Part shown: positions 53,990-64,000 of the stretch, one piece after another | Numbering within the stretch: the stretch's first letter is position 1 | How the letters are laid out: every line of letters starts with the position of its first letter | Origin: Synechococcus sp. UW140 | GTDB lineage: Bacteria; Cyanobacteriota; Cyanobacteriia; PCC-6307; Cyanobiaceae | Reading direction: 5' to 3' | NCBI GenBank assembly: GCA_943369595.1 | Contig: CALRNU020000009.1 | Span: 26,346-90,345, forward strand | Length of the DNA: 64,000 nucleotides | Notes under the pieces: model-generated | Told to the model about the DNA's origin: nothing | What the model saw: the letters and a program-made list of their open reading frames with translations, nothing else | Databases searched by the model: none | Program-made: the position numbers and the translations under genes

Positions 53990-54808
53990 ATGGCCCCACG
54001 GCAACGCTTGGATCTACGGCTGGTGGAGTTGGGGCTGGTCACCAGTCGCCAGCAGGCCCAGCAACTCATCCGGGCCGGCCGGGTGCGTCTGGGGGATCAA
54101 ATTCTCGATAAGCCGGGCATGGCCATTGACCTAGGGGCCCTACCGGCGGTGAGCATGCCCCCCCGCTTTGTTTCCCGCGGCGGCGAGAAGCTGGCCACAG
54201 CCCTCGAGAAGTTGCCGATTGTGGTGGCGGGGCGCTGTTGTTTAGATGCCGGCATTTCCACCGGTGGCTTCAGCGATTGCCTGCTGCAACACGGTGCTAG
54301 CCGGATCTATGGGGTGGATGTGGGCTATGGCCAAACGGCCTGGAGCCTGCGCACTGATCCGCGGGTACGGCTCCGGGAACGCACCAACCTTCGCCACCTG
54401 CAGCCCAGCGACCTTTATGGGCCGGAAGACCCCTGGCCCAGCCTGGCGGTGGCGGATCTTTCTTTCATCGGCCTGGCCTTGGTGCTTCCTGCCCTGCAGG
54501 GGTTACTGGCGGGCGGTTCCCAGGCTGAGGCCTTATTGCTGGTTAAACCCCAATTCGAAGTGGGGCGGGAGCGGGTGGGGAAGGGGGGCGTGGTGCGCGA
54601 TCCCCTGGCCCATGAAAGTGCCATAGCTGGCGTGGCCGCCGCCGCTGGGGGCTTGGCTTGGGGGCCCAGGGGTTTGGTGGGTTCGCCGATTACCGGTGCG
54701 GCTGGCAACCACGAATATCTGCTGTGGCTAGGGCCCGAGCCCTGGCTGGAGCCGGGTGAGTGGGGGGCCCTGGTGAAGGAGGTGGTGGCCAGCACCACCT
54801 CCCCCTAG
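53990..54808 (+). CDS. tlyA: TlyA-family rRNA 2'-O-ribose methyltransferase (S4 + FtsJ domains)
   Basis: ATG at 53990: MAPRQRLDLRLVELGLVTSRQQAQQLIRAGRVRL (S4 domain), SRGGEKL, LDAGISTGGFSDCLL (SAM motif). The upstream 107 codons of the track ORF are rejected. Confidence 0.85.
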   Translation: MAPRQRLDLRLVELGLVTSRQQAQQLIRAGRVRLGDQILDKPGMAIDLGALPAVSMPPRFVSRGGEKLATALEKLPIVVAGRCCLDAGISTGGFSDCLLQHGASRIYGVDVGYGQTAWSLRTDPRVRLRERTNLRHLQPSDLYGPEDPWPSLAVADLSFIGLALVLPALQGLLAGGSQAEALLLVKPQFEVGRERVGKGGVVRDPLAHESAIAGVAAAAGGLAWGPRGLVGSPITGAAGNHEYLLWLGPEPWLEPGEWGALVKEVVASTTSP

Positions 54809-54811
54809 GGG

Positions 54812-55683
<872 letters not shown>

Positions 55684-55686
55684 CGC

Positions 55687-57003
55687 TTACTTGTCTAGGG
55701 CAGCCTTCGCCAGCAGGGGCAGTTGATCGGCAAAGGCCGTGAGATTGCGGTTGCAAAGGCCGGCCACATGCAAGCGGTCCCCATCGGCGATGGCCCAGAG
55801 CTGGCGGGTGGCTACCAGGCTGAGGCCACCCCCTAGCAAGGTGATCGCAAAGCCGGCATAAACCAGCGGCACCCCAGGGTCCCGTTTGATCAGCAGGCCA
55901 CTGGCGGGAAGCACCTCGGCCAGGCGGATTGGCAGGCCAAGGATCTCCCTTGCCTCACCCCCCACCGGCAATAGCCCAAGCAAATCGGTGCTGCTGCCAT
56001 AAACCTGGGCGGGGCCCTTTTCGTTTTGGAGGGTGATTAACACTGGTTCGGTGCCATCGGGCCTGGTGGGCAGCACGATGCCCCACACCTGTTCCCCCAG
56101 TTCTGGGAATGTTTTCAGTGGCAACTGCAGCAATGGGCTTTTGCCCAGTTGCAGGGTCACCGCCGCCAGGGACCAATCCGCCTGGTAGATGGTTATTCCC
56201 CGGTGGCGCAGGGGATGGTTAACGCTCACCATCACCGTTTGGGGAGTGGTGTTGGCGCCGTCTTTGAGCAGCAGCTGGGAGCTGAATTGTTCTGGGCGGC
56301 CCTGGGGATCCCGTTCGATGCTGAAGCGTTGCAAGTTCAGTTCGAGTTGGGTGCTGCCCTCGCGGTTCATTAGTTCTAAGGACCGTCCAGGGGCCAGGAA
56401 GCGTTCCAAGCGCTGGCCGCCCAGGGCCCCCACCACTGCCCCCACCATGAACACGATCAGGCCGGCATGAACCAGCAGGGGCCCGATGCGCCCCACCAGC
56501 CCCTGCCGTGCGGCCAGCCGGGGCTGGCCCGGCTCTTCCGGGTTTGGGGTCTTTACTGCCCAGCCTTGGCTCTGCAGCTGGTGGCTGAGCTGGGCTAGGG
56601 CCTGGGCTGGCTCCGGGGTGACCAAGCTCGTGGCCACCGCCAGCTTGCTCAGCTGCCTCGGCTGGCTGTAATCCACCCAGCGCAGGGCCGCTTGGAGGGC
56701 CGGCCACTGGCGCCGCAGGCTGCAAAGCAGCAGGGCCAGCCCCAACCAAGCCAGCAGGAATAAAAACCACTGGCTGGTGTAGAGGTGATCGAGTTGCAGC
56801 CACAACACGGCTTGGCCTTTGAAGATTCCTAGCCAGGGTTGGGGGTCGTAACGCGCTAAGTAAAAGCCGGTTGGTTCCCCCTGGGGGATGGCCGTGCCCA
56901 CGCCGCTACTGGTGGCAATAACCAGCAGCAGCAGGATCGCCACCCGCAGGTCTGAGAGACCAGCGGCCAGCTTTAAAAGCGGATTCGAAGGCAGAGCATT
57001 CAT
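55687..57003 (-). CDS. ccs1: Cytochrome c biogenesis protein Ccs1/CcsB (ResB family)
   Basis: ResB-like topology and blocks ([13 protein letters not shown], a large soluble loop, a C-terminal TM). It follows ccdA, as is usual in cyanobacteria. I chose the ATG at 57003. Confidence 0.87.
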   Translation of the reverse strand: MNALPSNPLLKLAAGLSDLRVAILLLLVIATSSGVGTAIPQGEPTGFYLARYDPQPWLGIFKGQAVLWLQLDHLYTSQWFLFLLAWLGLALLLCSLRRQWPALQAALRWVDYSQPRQLSKLAVATSLVTPEPAQALAQLSHQLQSQGWAVKTPNPEEPGQPRLAARQGLVGRIGPLLVHAGLIVFMVGAVVGALGGQRLERFLAPGRSLELMNREGSTQLELNLQRFSIERDPQGRPEQFSSQLLLKDGANTTPQTVMVSVNHPLRHRGITIYQADWSLAAVTLQLGKSPLLQLPLKTFPELGEQVWGIVLPTRPDGTEPVLITLQNEKGPAQVYGSSTDLLGLLPVGGEAREILGLPIRLAEVLPASGLLIKRDPGVPLVYAGFAITLLGGGLSLVATRQLWAIADGDRLHVAGLCNRNLTAFADQLPLLAKAALDK

Positions 57004-57013
57004 CGCTGGTGGC

Positions 57014-57748
57014 TCATGGCAGGCGGGAAACCAAGCTGAGGCCCCCAATGGTGACTAGCACTGCCCCGCTGATCGGTGGTATCCATTGGCTGAATTGACG
57101 CAGGGCTAGCAGCCGTGGCAGGGCTGCCGCCACGCTGCCGGCCAGCAGCAGCGGCAGCACTTGGCCGGCCCCAAAACAGGCCAGTAGACCCATGCCCAGC
57201 AGGGGCTGACCGGTTTCGGCAATCCAGCCCAGCAACACCGCCAGCACTGGGGTGGTGCATGGGGAGGCCGCTAGGCCGAAGGCCAAACCGGCGGCCAGGG
57301 GGGCAATTATGGGGGGCACCCGTTGCCGCCAGCGTTCTGGGTCGGGGCCAGCGGGCAGGCGCAGGGGCAATAGTCCGAGCAGATTCAGGCCCATCAGCAC
57401 CGCCAGCACGGCCACCACCAGCGAAATTGCGTCGGGGGTTTGGCCGTAGAGACGGCCTAGCAGGGCACTGGCGCTACCCAGCAGCACCAAGGCGCCCACT
57501 ACGCCACTGGAGAAGCCGAGGCTCCGTTGCCAGGGGGCCCCTAGGGCTGGCCCCCCTGGGGCTTTGCTAAAACCGGCCAGGTAAGCGAGGCTCACCGGCA
57601 GCAACGACAGGCTGCAAGGCCCCAGGCTGGTGAGCAGGCCGGCTCCAAACACCAGCAGAAGGGTGAACAGGCTCGGTTGATCGAGGCCCCCGCGGAGCAA
57701 CTGCTCGCTCCAGCGGGCCAGATCCCCGATGGCAATAGGAAAAGTCAC
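57014..57748 (-). CDS. ccdA: Cytochrome c biogenesis thiol-disulfide transporter CcdA (DsbD-like)
   Basis: Six-helix protein with two conserved Cys motifs ([10 protein letters not shown] and ASPCTTPVL). GTG start. Confidence 0.87.
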   Translation of the reverse strand: MTFPIAIGDLARWSEQLLRGGLDQPSLFTLLLVFGAGLLTSLGPCSLSLLPVSLAYLAGFSKAPGGPALGAPWQRSLGFSSGVVGALVLLGSASALLGRLYGQTPDAISLVVAVLAVLMGLNLLGLLPLRLPAGPDPERWRQRVPPIIAPLAAGLAFGLAASPCTTPVLAVLLGWIAETGQPLLGMGLLACFGAGQVLPLLLAGSVAAALPRLLALRQFSQWIPPISGAVLVTIGGLSLVSRLP

Positions 57749-57757
57749 CCCCCAAGC

Positions 57758-58678
57758 CTATCGAGCCGCAGGGGCGCTCCAAGGGGCTTCCCGCAGGTGC
57801 TGGCCGAAAGGCACCGGTTGATGCCTTTCGTAGCCCTCGGGTAACCAGAGGTCCCCCACCGGTGAGGCGAAGTGGATTTGCCAGCTGTGGAAGGCTTGAA
57901 ATTGGCTTGGGTTGGTGCGCATCAAGTTGGCGTAGGCCTGCACCGCCCGCACGTAGTGCCAGCTGTTGTTGTAACCCCAGATCGCCCTGGCCAGGTTTGT
58001 GCGGCCCCCCCTTTGCACCAGGTAGCGGGCGGCGGCAGGAATTGCATCCTCGGGATTGTCGATGGAGCCCTTGCCAATGCCCGGTTGCGCCCAGGTGCTG
58101 GGTAGAAATTGCATTGGCCCGCGGGCCCCCACCACCGAGAGCCCCTGCAGCCGGCCCATGCCGGTTTCCACCAGGTTGATGGCGGCCAGGGTGGCCCAGT
58201 CGATGCCTGTTGCTTGCTGGGCCTGTTTATAGATGGCCAATAATTTTTCCGCTGGGGCCGGCGCCCCGATCCGCCAGGCGGGCAACTGGGTTGGGGGCGC
58301 TGCCCCCCGGTGCATGGCCAGGAATTCCCTGCGGGCTTGCAGTTGCAGCTGGGCCCTGGGCCTCAGCGCCTCGGGCAGTAGCCCGAGCACGGTCCTGTCC
58401 CAGTCGAGATGGCGAGCCCAATGGCGAAATAACACCTGTTGGCGATGGGCCAGGGTCCCCAACTGTTCTGGATTGTTGGCCCCTAGGGCTGCCTCCACCT
58501 GGGCCAGTTGTTGGGCCAAGCCCAGGGGGGTATTGGGTACAAGGGGATAGCTGCGACCATTGGGGGCCTCAGGCCCAGCCTCAAAACTGAGCTGGCCCAG
58601 GCTTGGGGCAGCGCCGGTTATCAGGAGCGCACTGGCTGCACTGACGATGAGGCATGGTCTGCGGATTCCAGGGAGCAT
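57758..58678 (-). CDS. Lytic transglycosylase domain protein (SLT-like), secreted
   Basis: ATG at 58678 gives a signal peptide (MLPGIRRPCLIVSAASALLITGAAPS). Catalytic region AINLVETGMGR...GARGPMQFLPSTW. This start overlaps the ftsW 3' end by 58 nt, so the start is uncertain. Confidence 0.72.
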   Translation of the reverse strand: MLPGIRRPCLIVSAASALLITGAAPSLGQLSFEAGPEAPNGRSYPLVPNTPLGLAQQLAQVEAALGANNPEQLGTLAHRQQVLFRHWARHLDWDRTVLGLLPEALRPRAQLQLQARREFLAMHRGAAPPTQLPAWRIGAPAPAEKLLAIYKQAQQATGIDWATLAAINLVETGMGRLQGLSVVGARGPMQFLPSTWAQPGIGKGSIDNPEDAIPAAARYLVQRGGRTNLARAIWGYNNSWHYVRAVQAYANLMRTNPSQFQAFHSWQIHFASPVGDLWLPEGYERHQPVPFGQHLREAPWSAPAAR

Positions 58679-59814
58679 CGGATCAGTAGTCCGGCGGTAA
58701 AGAGGCTGGCCAGCAGGGAGTTGCCGCCGTAGCTCACCATGGGCAATGGCAAGCCGGTGGTGGGCATTGCCCCACTGGCCACGGCAATGTTCATGATCGA
58801 CTGTCCCACCAGCAGAGCGGTGCAACCGATTGCCACTAGGCGCAATTGATTGCCCCGGGCCCGCAGGGCCACCTGGAGGCCCACAAGGGCAAAGATGCCA
58901 AGGAACAGCAGCAGCACCACCGAGCCCACATAGCCGAATTCTTCGGCGTAAACCGCAAAGATGAAGTCGGTGGTTTGGATGGGCAAATACATCAATTTTT
59001 GGGTACTGAGTCCATAGCCACTGCCGGTGGTGCCACCGGAGCCGATCGCCAACAGGCTTTGTACCAGCTGATATCCATTGCCCTGGGGGTCTTTCCAGGG
59101 GTCAAGGAAGGAGGTAACCCGCAGGCGTTGGTACTCATTTACCAGGATGCTCATGGTGCCCGCTGCAGCGCCAAGGCCGGCGCTTCCCACCAACCAGGGC
59201 AGGGGTAATCCTGAGGCAAGGGCCATTAGCCACAGCAGTAGGCCGGTGAGCGCGGCGGTGCTGAGGTTTGGTTGTTTAAGGATGAGCAGGATTAAGCCGG
59301 CAAAAATTCCCAACCAGAGGATGCGCTGTTCTGCCCCCAGCCGGCGCCAATGGGCAAATAACCATGCGCCTTGGAGCACCACGAATGGTTTGATCAATTC
59401 AGTGGGTTGCAGCTGAATCGGCCCTAATACCAACCAGCGGCTGGCCCCGTTCACCGTGGTGCCCATCACCAGGGTGAGGGCAATCATTACGGCGCCAGCG
59501 ATCAGGGCCGGGGCTGCCAGTTGCAGCCAGCGGCGCAGGGGGGTGCGAATTACCAGGATGAAGAGGGCCCAGCTGGCCACCAGCCAGATCAGCTGGCGCT
59601 TGATTGTGTAGAGGGCATCGCCCATTTCCCGCTCAGACACCCACCAGCTGGCGGAGGCCAGGATCAGCAGGCCAAAGGCACTCCAGGCCAGTATCAGGCC
59701 CAGCAAGAGCCTTGTCTCGGCGGGCCAGAGGCTCAAGGGCAGCGGTAGTAAACCGCCGGGGGTGGCTTTGCTGGCCCGGGCCATGGCGCGTTTAGGGGTT
59801 AAGGCTTCATTCAC
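58621..59814 (-). CDS. ftsW: FtsW/RodA/SpoVE (SEDS) family cell-division protein
   Basis: About 10 TM helices with SEDS blocks (QPTELIKP, DPQGNGYQLVQSL.AIGSGG, LPIQTTDFIFA, GLPLPMVSYGGNS). GTG at 59814, or ATG at 59784. Confidence 0.87.
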   Translation of the reverse strand: MNEALTPKRAMARASKATPGGLLPLPLSLWPAETRLLLGLILAWSAFGLLILASASWWVSEREMGDALYTIKRQLIWLVASWALFILVIRTPLRRWLQLAAPALIAGAVMIALTLVMGTTVNGASRWLVLGPIQLQPTELIKPFVVLQGAWLFAHWRRLGAEQRILWLGIFAGLILLILKQPNLSTAALTGLLLWLMALASGLPLPWLVGSAGLGAAAGTMSILVNEYQRLRVTSFLDPWKDPQGNGYQLVQSLLAIGSGGTTGSGYGLSTQKLMYLPIQTTDFIFAVYAEEFGYVGSVVLLLFLGIFALVGLQVALRARGNQLRLVAIGCTALLVGQSIMNIAVASGAMPTTGLPLPMVSYGGNSLLASLFTAGLLIRCSLESADHASSSVQPVRS

Positions 59815-59849
59815 CCGTCTCCCCTTCCATTGCGCCGCTACTTAGGGAC

Positions 59850-59882
59850 AAAAAAAAGCCCGGCTGTGGGGCCGGGCTTTTT
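59850..59882 (-). terminator. Rho-independent terminator downstream of apcC (bidirectional architecture)
   Basis: AAAAAAAA (59850-59857), GCCCGGC (59858-59864), 6-nt loop, GCCGGGC (59871-59877), TTTTT (59878-59882). On the minus strand the hairpin is followed by 8 U. It sits 52 nt after the apcC stop and before the ftsW start. Confidence 0.72.
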
Positions 59883-59933
59883 GCTTGTCAAGGAAATTAT
59901 TCCTATTGATGGGAGTCGCTTGGCTTTATTGGC

Positions 59934-60134
59934 TCAGTTGCCGACGTTTACCTGACGGCGACCAGTTACCAATTCCACCTTGAGAATCTTTCCCCCCTGT
60001 TTCATGATTCGCTGTTGTTCAGCAAACCAGCTTTCGAAGGGCACCCACTTGGTGAAGAAGGTGTTATGCAGTTCCCGCTGGGTCCGAGCTTTTTCAGGGC
60101 AGGGAATGCAGGCAGTGACTTTGAAAAGGCGCAT
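59934..60134 (-). CDS. apcC: Phycobilisome core linker ApcC (LC7.8, CpcD-like domain)
   Basis: MRLFKVTACIPCPEKARTQRELHNTFFTKWVPFESWFAEQQRIMKQGGKILKVELVTG is nearly collinear with known ApcC. Confidence 0.93.
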   Translation of the reverse strand: MRLFKVTACIPCPEKARTQRELHNTFFTKWVPFESWFAEQQRIMKQGGKILKVELVTGRRQVNVGN

Positions 60135-60157
60135 GGGGCTCCAGAAATGGGGGGAGC

Positions 60158-60646
60158 TCAGTTACCGAGGCCAGAGCTGATGTAGTCGAGGTACACACCC
60201 AGTTCGCGGCCAGCTTCAGGACCCACAAGGGCAGCAGCAGCTTCCTTGATGGCTTGAATGGACTGCACGGTGGCACCAATGGGCACGCCGAGGGAGTTGT
60301 AGGTCTCCTTGAGGCCATTTAGGACACGCTCATCAAGGATGGAGCTGTCACCGGCGAGCATCGCGTAGGTGGCGTAGCGCAGGTAGTAGTCCAGGTCGCG
60401 GATGCAAGCTGCATAGCGACGGGTGGTGTACATGTTCCCGCCGGGACGGGTGATGTCTGTGTAGAGCAGGGCCTTGGCCACAGCATCACTAATGATGCTG
60501 GCAGCATTGGCGCTAATGGTGGCAGCGGCACGAACGCGCAGCTCACCGCTGGCGTAGTACTGCTCTAGTCGGCCGATGGCATTGCTGTCCAGGTAAAGAC
60601 CCTGAACGTCCGACTGGTTGATGACGTTGGTGATCGCGTCTTGCAT
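60158..60646 (-). CDS. apcB: Allophycocyanin beta subunit
   Basis: [20 protein letters not shown]...[20 protein letters not shown] (chromophore Cys82 context). Confidence 0.97.
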   Translation of the reverse strand: MQDAITNVINQSDVQGLYLDSNAIGRLEQYYASGELRVRAAATISANAASIISDAVAKALLYTDITRPGGNMYTTRRYAACIRDLDYYLRYATYAMLAGDSSILDERVLNGLKETYNSLGVPIGATVQSIQAIKEAAAALVGPEAGRELGVYLDYISSGLGN

Positions 60647-60683
60647 GGATTCCTGAGGTGTTATTGAAAGGGCGTTCGGAGCC

Positions 60684-61169
60684 TCAGGAGAGGGCGCCGA
60701 TCAGATAGTCGAAGTAGAAGCCAGCCTCTTCGGCATCGGCACCGGTGAGCATGCTCTGGGCGGCGCCCTTCATTTCGCGCACGGCCAGGGACATGGCTTC
60801 AAGGGGAGTGCCCAAGGCTTTGTACATTTCCCGCGCCCCGATGACGCCGATCTCTTCGATCGGGGTGACATCACCGGCGACCACGCCGTAGGTCACCAGG
60901 CGAAGGTAGTAGTCCATGTCACGAAGACAGGAGGCGGTCATTTCTTCTCCGTAGGCATTGCCTCCGGGAGAGACCAAGTCGGGTCGACGTTGGAACAACG
61001 CGCCGCCGGCCTGCTTCACGATGCGCTCGCGACCCTCGCTCAAGACCTGGGCCACGCGAAGACGGCGCTGGCCGCCGCTCACAAAGGCTTTGATCTGGTC
61101 GAGTTCGCCAGGGCTTAGATAGCGGGCTTCGGCGTCCGCGTTGATGATCGAGTTGGAGACGATGCTCAT
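60684..61169 (-). CDS. apcA: Allophycocyanin alpha subunit
   Basis: ATG at 61169: [27 protein letters not shown]...[19 protein letters not shown]. The 54-codon upstream extension in the track is rejected. Confidence 0.97.
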   Translation of the reverse strand: MSIVSNSIINADAEARYLSPGELDQIKAFVSGGQRRLRVAQVLSEGRERIVKQAGGALFQRRPDLVSPGGNAYGEEMTASCLRDMDYYLRLVTYGVVAGDVTPIEEIGVIGAREMYKALGTPLEAMSLAVREMKGAAQSMLTGADAEEAGFYFDYLIGALS

Positions 61170-61490
61170 GCAGTTCTGCCTCGAAGCAAGCGGCCGCCTG
61201 AGAGGAGACCGGGATCCTGTGGGTGGGTGGTGCCCCTGGTCGAAACCAGGCGCTGGATCAGTGTGAGTGATCGCTTGAGCATTCTGCGGTAAAGGCCAGG
61301 GGTTTCCGGCGCGGCGGTAACAGTTCTTCACGGCGATTTACCTGGGCAGATCCCTTTGCTGCCAATGGCTTTCAGGGGAGTTCTTAACATTATCCATCTA
61401 CAAGACTTGTGAAGAATTAGGGGTGAACAATTGACAGCTTGTGGTGTCTAGTCACGCCACTGTTGATTTTCTTGGGCTTTGGAGGGGCGT

Positions 61491-61523
61491 AAAAAAATCC
61501 CCCGCCTTATGGCAGGGGATTTT
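61491..61523 (-). terminator. Probable rho-independent terminator after apcE
   Basis: On the minus strand: AAAATCCCCTGCC-ATAA-GGCGGGGGATTTTTTT. This is an imperfect GC-rich hairpin with one bulge followed by 7 U, about 28 nt after the apcE stop. Confidence 0.55.
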
Positions 61524-61550
61524 GGTGAGTTTGAGGCTTGTAGGTAGGTC

Positions 61551-64000
61551 TTAAATCGAACCCTTGATCGGCGGGTTCAAGGCGGCATTGCCCCCATAGA
61601 GGGCAGCGGTGCGGCTGATGCTGCTAAGGGGTAACCCTGCTTGGGTTTTAAATCCTTGCAGGTAAGGCACTGTGTCTCGGCCAAAAGCTTTGGTATAGCT
61701 AGTGGAATTCAACAAGGCCTCCAGGGCCTTTTGTTGGCCGGCCGTGGCGCGGGTGGCCAGATAGGCACTTACTTCACTGGCCAGCGGAGCGCGGCCCAGG
61801 AGGGCTAAGTGGGCAGCCGTGGCAGCCCGCAGCGGGGCCATCCGATAGAGCCGTTGTTGGAACAGCTCACTATTGGCCACCTGGGCAACGAAATCAGCTA
61901 CGCAGAGTTGGCCATTGCTCAGCATTGATTCAGCATCCCCCAGCCTTTCAGCACCGAAGGGCACTCGATTTAAGAGTTGCCGGTAGGTGGCTTCTATAAC
62001 TTCCTGCAATTGATCTGGGCTGGGCTGCTTGGCCAGCCTCAGGACGTTATTCAAGCTATTGCGAAGGCGGAATCCCTCGGGATTGCCTGGGCGCAGTGCT
62101 TTTGCCATGGCCGTTTCGGCCAATTGGGGTTGACCAAAACCACTGCTGTTGCTGCGGTTGATTGACCAAATTTGGGCTATGCCCGCCGCCTGGGTGCCGG
62201 TGCTTGGGGTCCAGCGGGCAGCGCTGGGGGTCCATGCAAAACCATTGCCACCGCCGGGTTGCCACCGGGGGGCACTCCAGCTGCGGCTGGGCTCAGGTAA
62301 TTGACGAACGGAGCTGCTATCTGTGGCTGGGCGGAGCTCCTTAGCATCGGCGGGGGCTATGCCCGTCACCTTGGCGGTCCAGCCCCCAGGGGCCACAAAG
62401 GAACGGTCTTGCAGATTGCGGACCGTGAGGCTGCCGGGGGTATTGAGGGTGGTGCTGGGTGCCACCTCAGGTCGCTTCAGGCCCCCGGGCTCGGCAATGG
62501 CCGCCAAGTTGAGGGGGGTCCGAAGGGCTGGCACCCGACGGCTGTTGAGATCATTGGGGGTTATATAGCGTTCGTAGGGAACGGTGTCTTCGCCAAAGCT
62601 CTCGTTGTATTCGCGACTGTTCAACATTGCGTCAACGACGCCGTAGAAGCCTTTGCGGGCAGCGATGTCGAAGTAGCTGTTGATTTCCCAGCGGCCAAAG
62701 CTGGGGCGACCAAGTAAGCGGCGGTGCATTACTTCGATGGCCTTGGTGATGTAAAGGCCACTCCAGAAGCGATTGCGGAAGGCCTTAGAGCGGGCCACCT
62801 GACGGACAAATTCCCGCAGGTTGATATCGCCATTTTCGAGTTTTATCTCTTCAACTTTGAGGCGATCGTTGGCATAACCGCCAGTGCCAAGCACCTGAAC
62901 GTAAACCGCTTGAATAACACCTTGGGTGCTTGATTCAGTGTTGCGGATGCTGGGTTCACCGCTGCGGCGGGGCACAGAGCCACCGCCGGTGGCGATCTGT
63001 TGAAGCCGCACCACTTTTGGCCCCACCCGGCGGGGATGGGAAGCCCGGAATTGTGGGCTATCCATCTGGCCAGGGGCCGTCATGCCATTGCCCACCAGGA
63101 TCCGACGACTGCGATAGCCAGCGGGGGCGGGGCGGGTGGCCACGGAGGCCGTGGCGGAGGGGAAGATCGCCCCGTACTGGATGCCCAGGGGATCATTGGC
63201 ACCGCCATAGGCGTGCTGATCGCTGAGTGGTTTGCGGTAGGAGGAGTAAAGGGTGATGTATTGGGGGGCGCCTTCGAAGGGGGCGCTGTATTGGAATAGC
63301 CTCAAGTTGGATCCCCAACCAGCGCATTCTTGGGCCTCTTCGCCAAGGCCCCGCAGGTATGGAACGGTTTCCTCGCCAAAACTCCTGGCATATTCCATGG
63401 TGTTTATCAAGGAATCCACCAGCCCGTTTAACCCCTGCTCGCTAACGATCGAGAAGTAGCGGCTGAATTCCTCCTTAGAACTCAACCCACGGCCAAGGAA
63501 GTGGCGGAAAGCCAGTTCCACCACCCTGCTGTTGGAGAAGCGGCCGTAAAACTGCTGCCGGTATTCCTTGCTATGGCCCAGGGCCCTAATGAATTCACGG
63601 ATTGAAATTTGCCCTTGGCGCACTTGGGTGGCTTCCACCGGACAGGGCACCTGGGAATAGGCCTTGGCGATGTCCCGTTCAAATACCTGGCGGTAGCAGG
63701 CGCGAATGATTTCAGCCTTTTGAGCGCCACTCAGCTGGCGCTTCATTACGAAGCGTTGGGACCCTGCGGCCGCTAAGGCATAGGTAGCTGGCAATTGCAG
63801 CCCCTGTTGTTCCGAGCTGCCAGGCCTCTGGCGGGTGGATGGGGTGGCAACTTCCAGCTCTTTAAGCAGCACGTTGAAGCTGGCTATCACCAGGGCCCGG
63901 GCCTCGGGGGCGTCTTCAAAAAGAGAGGCAGCAGCGGCGCGCATTTCCTGGAGGGCCACATTGGTGGCTACCAGGGAGCAACCCTTCTCAAGGATGTCCC
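61551..64000 (-). CDS. apcE: Phycobilisome core-membrane linker ApcE (LCM), C-terminal ~816 codons (N-terminus beyond the right edge)
   Basis: The frame stays open past the track start (63959 is an internal GTG; upstream reads ..DILEKGCSLVATNVALQEMR). Three linker REP domains are visible (…IIRACYRQVFERDI…, …VIQAVYVQVLGTGG…, …VIEATYRQLLNRVP…), each ending in FGxxTVPY. Confidence 0.95.
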   Translation of the reverse strand, partial: DILEKGCSLVATNVALQEMRAAAASLFEDAPEARALVIASFNVLLKELEVATPSTRQRPGSSEQQGLQLPATYALAAAGSQRFVMKRQLSGAQKAEIIRACYRQVFERDIAKAYSQVPCPVEATQVRQGQISIREFIRALGHSKEYRQQFYGRFSNSRVVELAFRHFLGRGLSSKEEFSRYFSIVSEQGLNGLVDSLINTMEYARSFGEETVPYLRGLGEEAQECAGWGSNLRLFQYSAPFEGAPQYITLYSSYRKPLSDQHAYGGANDPLGIQYGAIFPSATASVATRPAPAGYRSRRILVGNGMTAPGQMDSPQFRASHPRRVGPKVVRLQQIATGGGSVPRRSGEPSIRNTESSTQGVIQAVYVQVLGTGGYANDRLKVEEIKLENGDINLREFVRQVARSKAFRNRFWSGLYITKAIEVMHRRLLGRPSFGRWEINSYFDIAARKGFYGVVDAMLNSREYNESFGEDTVPYERYITPNDLNSRRVPALRTPLNLAAIAEPGGLKRPEVAPSTTLNTPGSLTVRNLQDRSFVAPGGWTAKVTGIAPADAKELRPATDSSSVRQLPEPSRSWSAPRWQPGGGNGFAWTPSAARWTPSTGTQAAGIAQIWSINRSNSSGFGQPQLAETAMAKALRPGNPEGFRLRNSLNNVLRLAKQPSPDQLQEVIEATYRQLLNRVPFGAERLGDAESMLSNGQLCVADFVAQVANSELFQQRLYRMAPLRAATAAHLALLGRAPLASEVSAYLATRATAGQQKALEALLNSTSYTKAFGRDTVPYLQGFKTQAGLPLSSISRTAALYGGNAALNPPIKGSI

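Noticed and set aside
58621-58678. A 58-nt overlap between the 3' end of ftsW and the 5' end of the transglycosylase gene. It could be read as a programmed overlap or a frameshift.
   Set aside because: This is most simply start-site ambiguity. The only canonical start that gives a signal peptide is the ATG at 58678. Both frames are intact and I see no slippery sequence.
61170-61550. Search of the 381-nt apcE-apcA spacer for an apcA promoter, small ORF or ncRNA. A GATAAT element is present on the minus strand around 61391-61396.
   Set aside because: No convincing -35/-10 pair at proper spacing could be defined by eye, and I saw no ORF or tRNA-like fold. Only the terminator hairpin after apcE is reported.
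62050-62600. The long low-complexity arm between REP2 and REP3 of ApcE, about 175 aa and rich in Pro/Ser/Gly/Trp, as a possible insertion.
   Set aside because: Inter-REP arms of ApcE are naturally long and poorly conserved. The REP1-REP2 arm here is of similar size, so there is nothing clearly anomalous.

Overview
This window looks like a high-GC picocyanobacterial chromosome segment of Synechococcus/Cyanobium type. The assignment rests on a split rpoC1/rpoC2, apcE-apcA-apcB-apcC, an hli gene, glnB with a GTA-N8-TAC box, and ccs1/ccdA. Hand-counted 60-nt lines give 36/60 G+C in rpoB and 39/60 in bioC.

Core genes, left to right: nusA (partial), rimP, an HtrA-type protease, rpiA, hisD, rpsT, tatD, rpoB-rpoC1-rpoC2, a 56-codon hli gene missing from the ORF track, rlmN, an AmpG-like MFS transporter, a HEAT-repeat protein, a DUF2997-DUF1257-ferredoxin-aldo/keto-reductase operon, rsmG, a J-domain protein, DUF3143, bioA, fumC, then the island, then bioD-bioC-bioK-bioF, a Ski2-like DExH helicase, purB, tlyA, glnB, queF, ccs1, ccdA, a lytic transglycosylase, ftsW, apcC-apcB-apcA and apcE (partial).

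Between about 25.9 and 46.3 kb lies a roughly 20 kb block of clearly lower G+C (21/60 and 23/60 in sampled lines). I saw no integrase, transposase, tRNA or flanking repeat there.
- Its left 13.4 kb is a tightly packed, co-directional ten-gene cluster: two DUF2231 membrane proteins, a haem-copper oxidase (ctaC-ctaD-ctaE) whose subunit II has lost all CuA ligands except the first His, two diverged tandem pairs of GMC flavoprotein plus a ~890-aa GH63-like glycoside hydrolase, and a glutathione peroxidase.
- Its right part carries an MRJP/yellow-like beta-propeller, a possible inverse-autotransporter-type beta-barrel lipoprotein, a DMT-VOC-DoxX operon, and a glucose 1-dehydrogenase/gluconolactonase pair.

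The oxidase/GMC/GH63/GPx cluster is my best candidate for an undescribed functional module, possibly a glycoside-oxidising respiratory branch. That reading is inference only.

I recognised no rRNA, tRNA, CRISPR array or mobile-element gene. The supplied ORF track uses GTG/TTG starts and longest-ORF extension, so I trimmed several N-termini.
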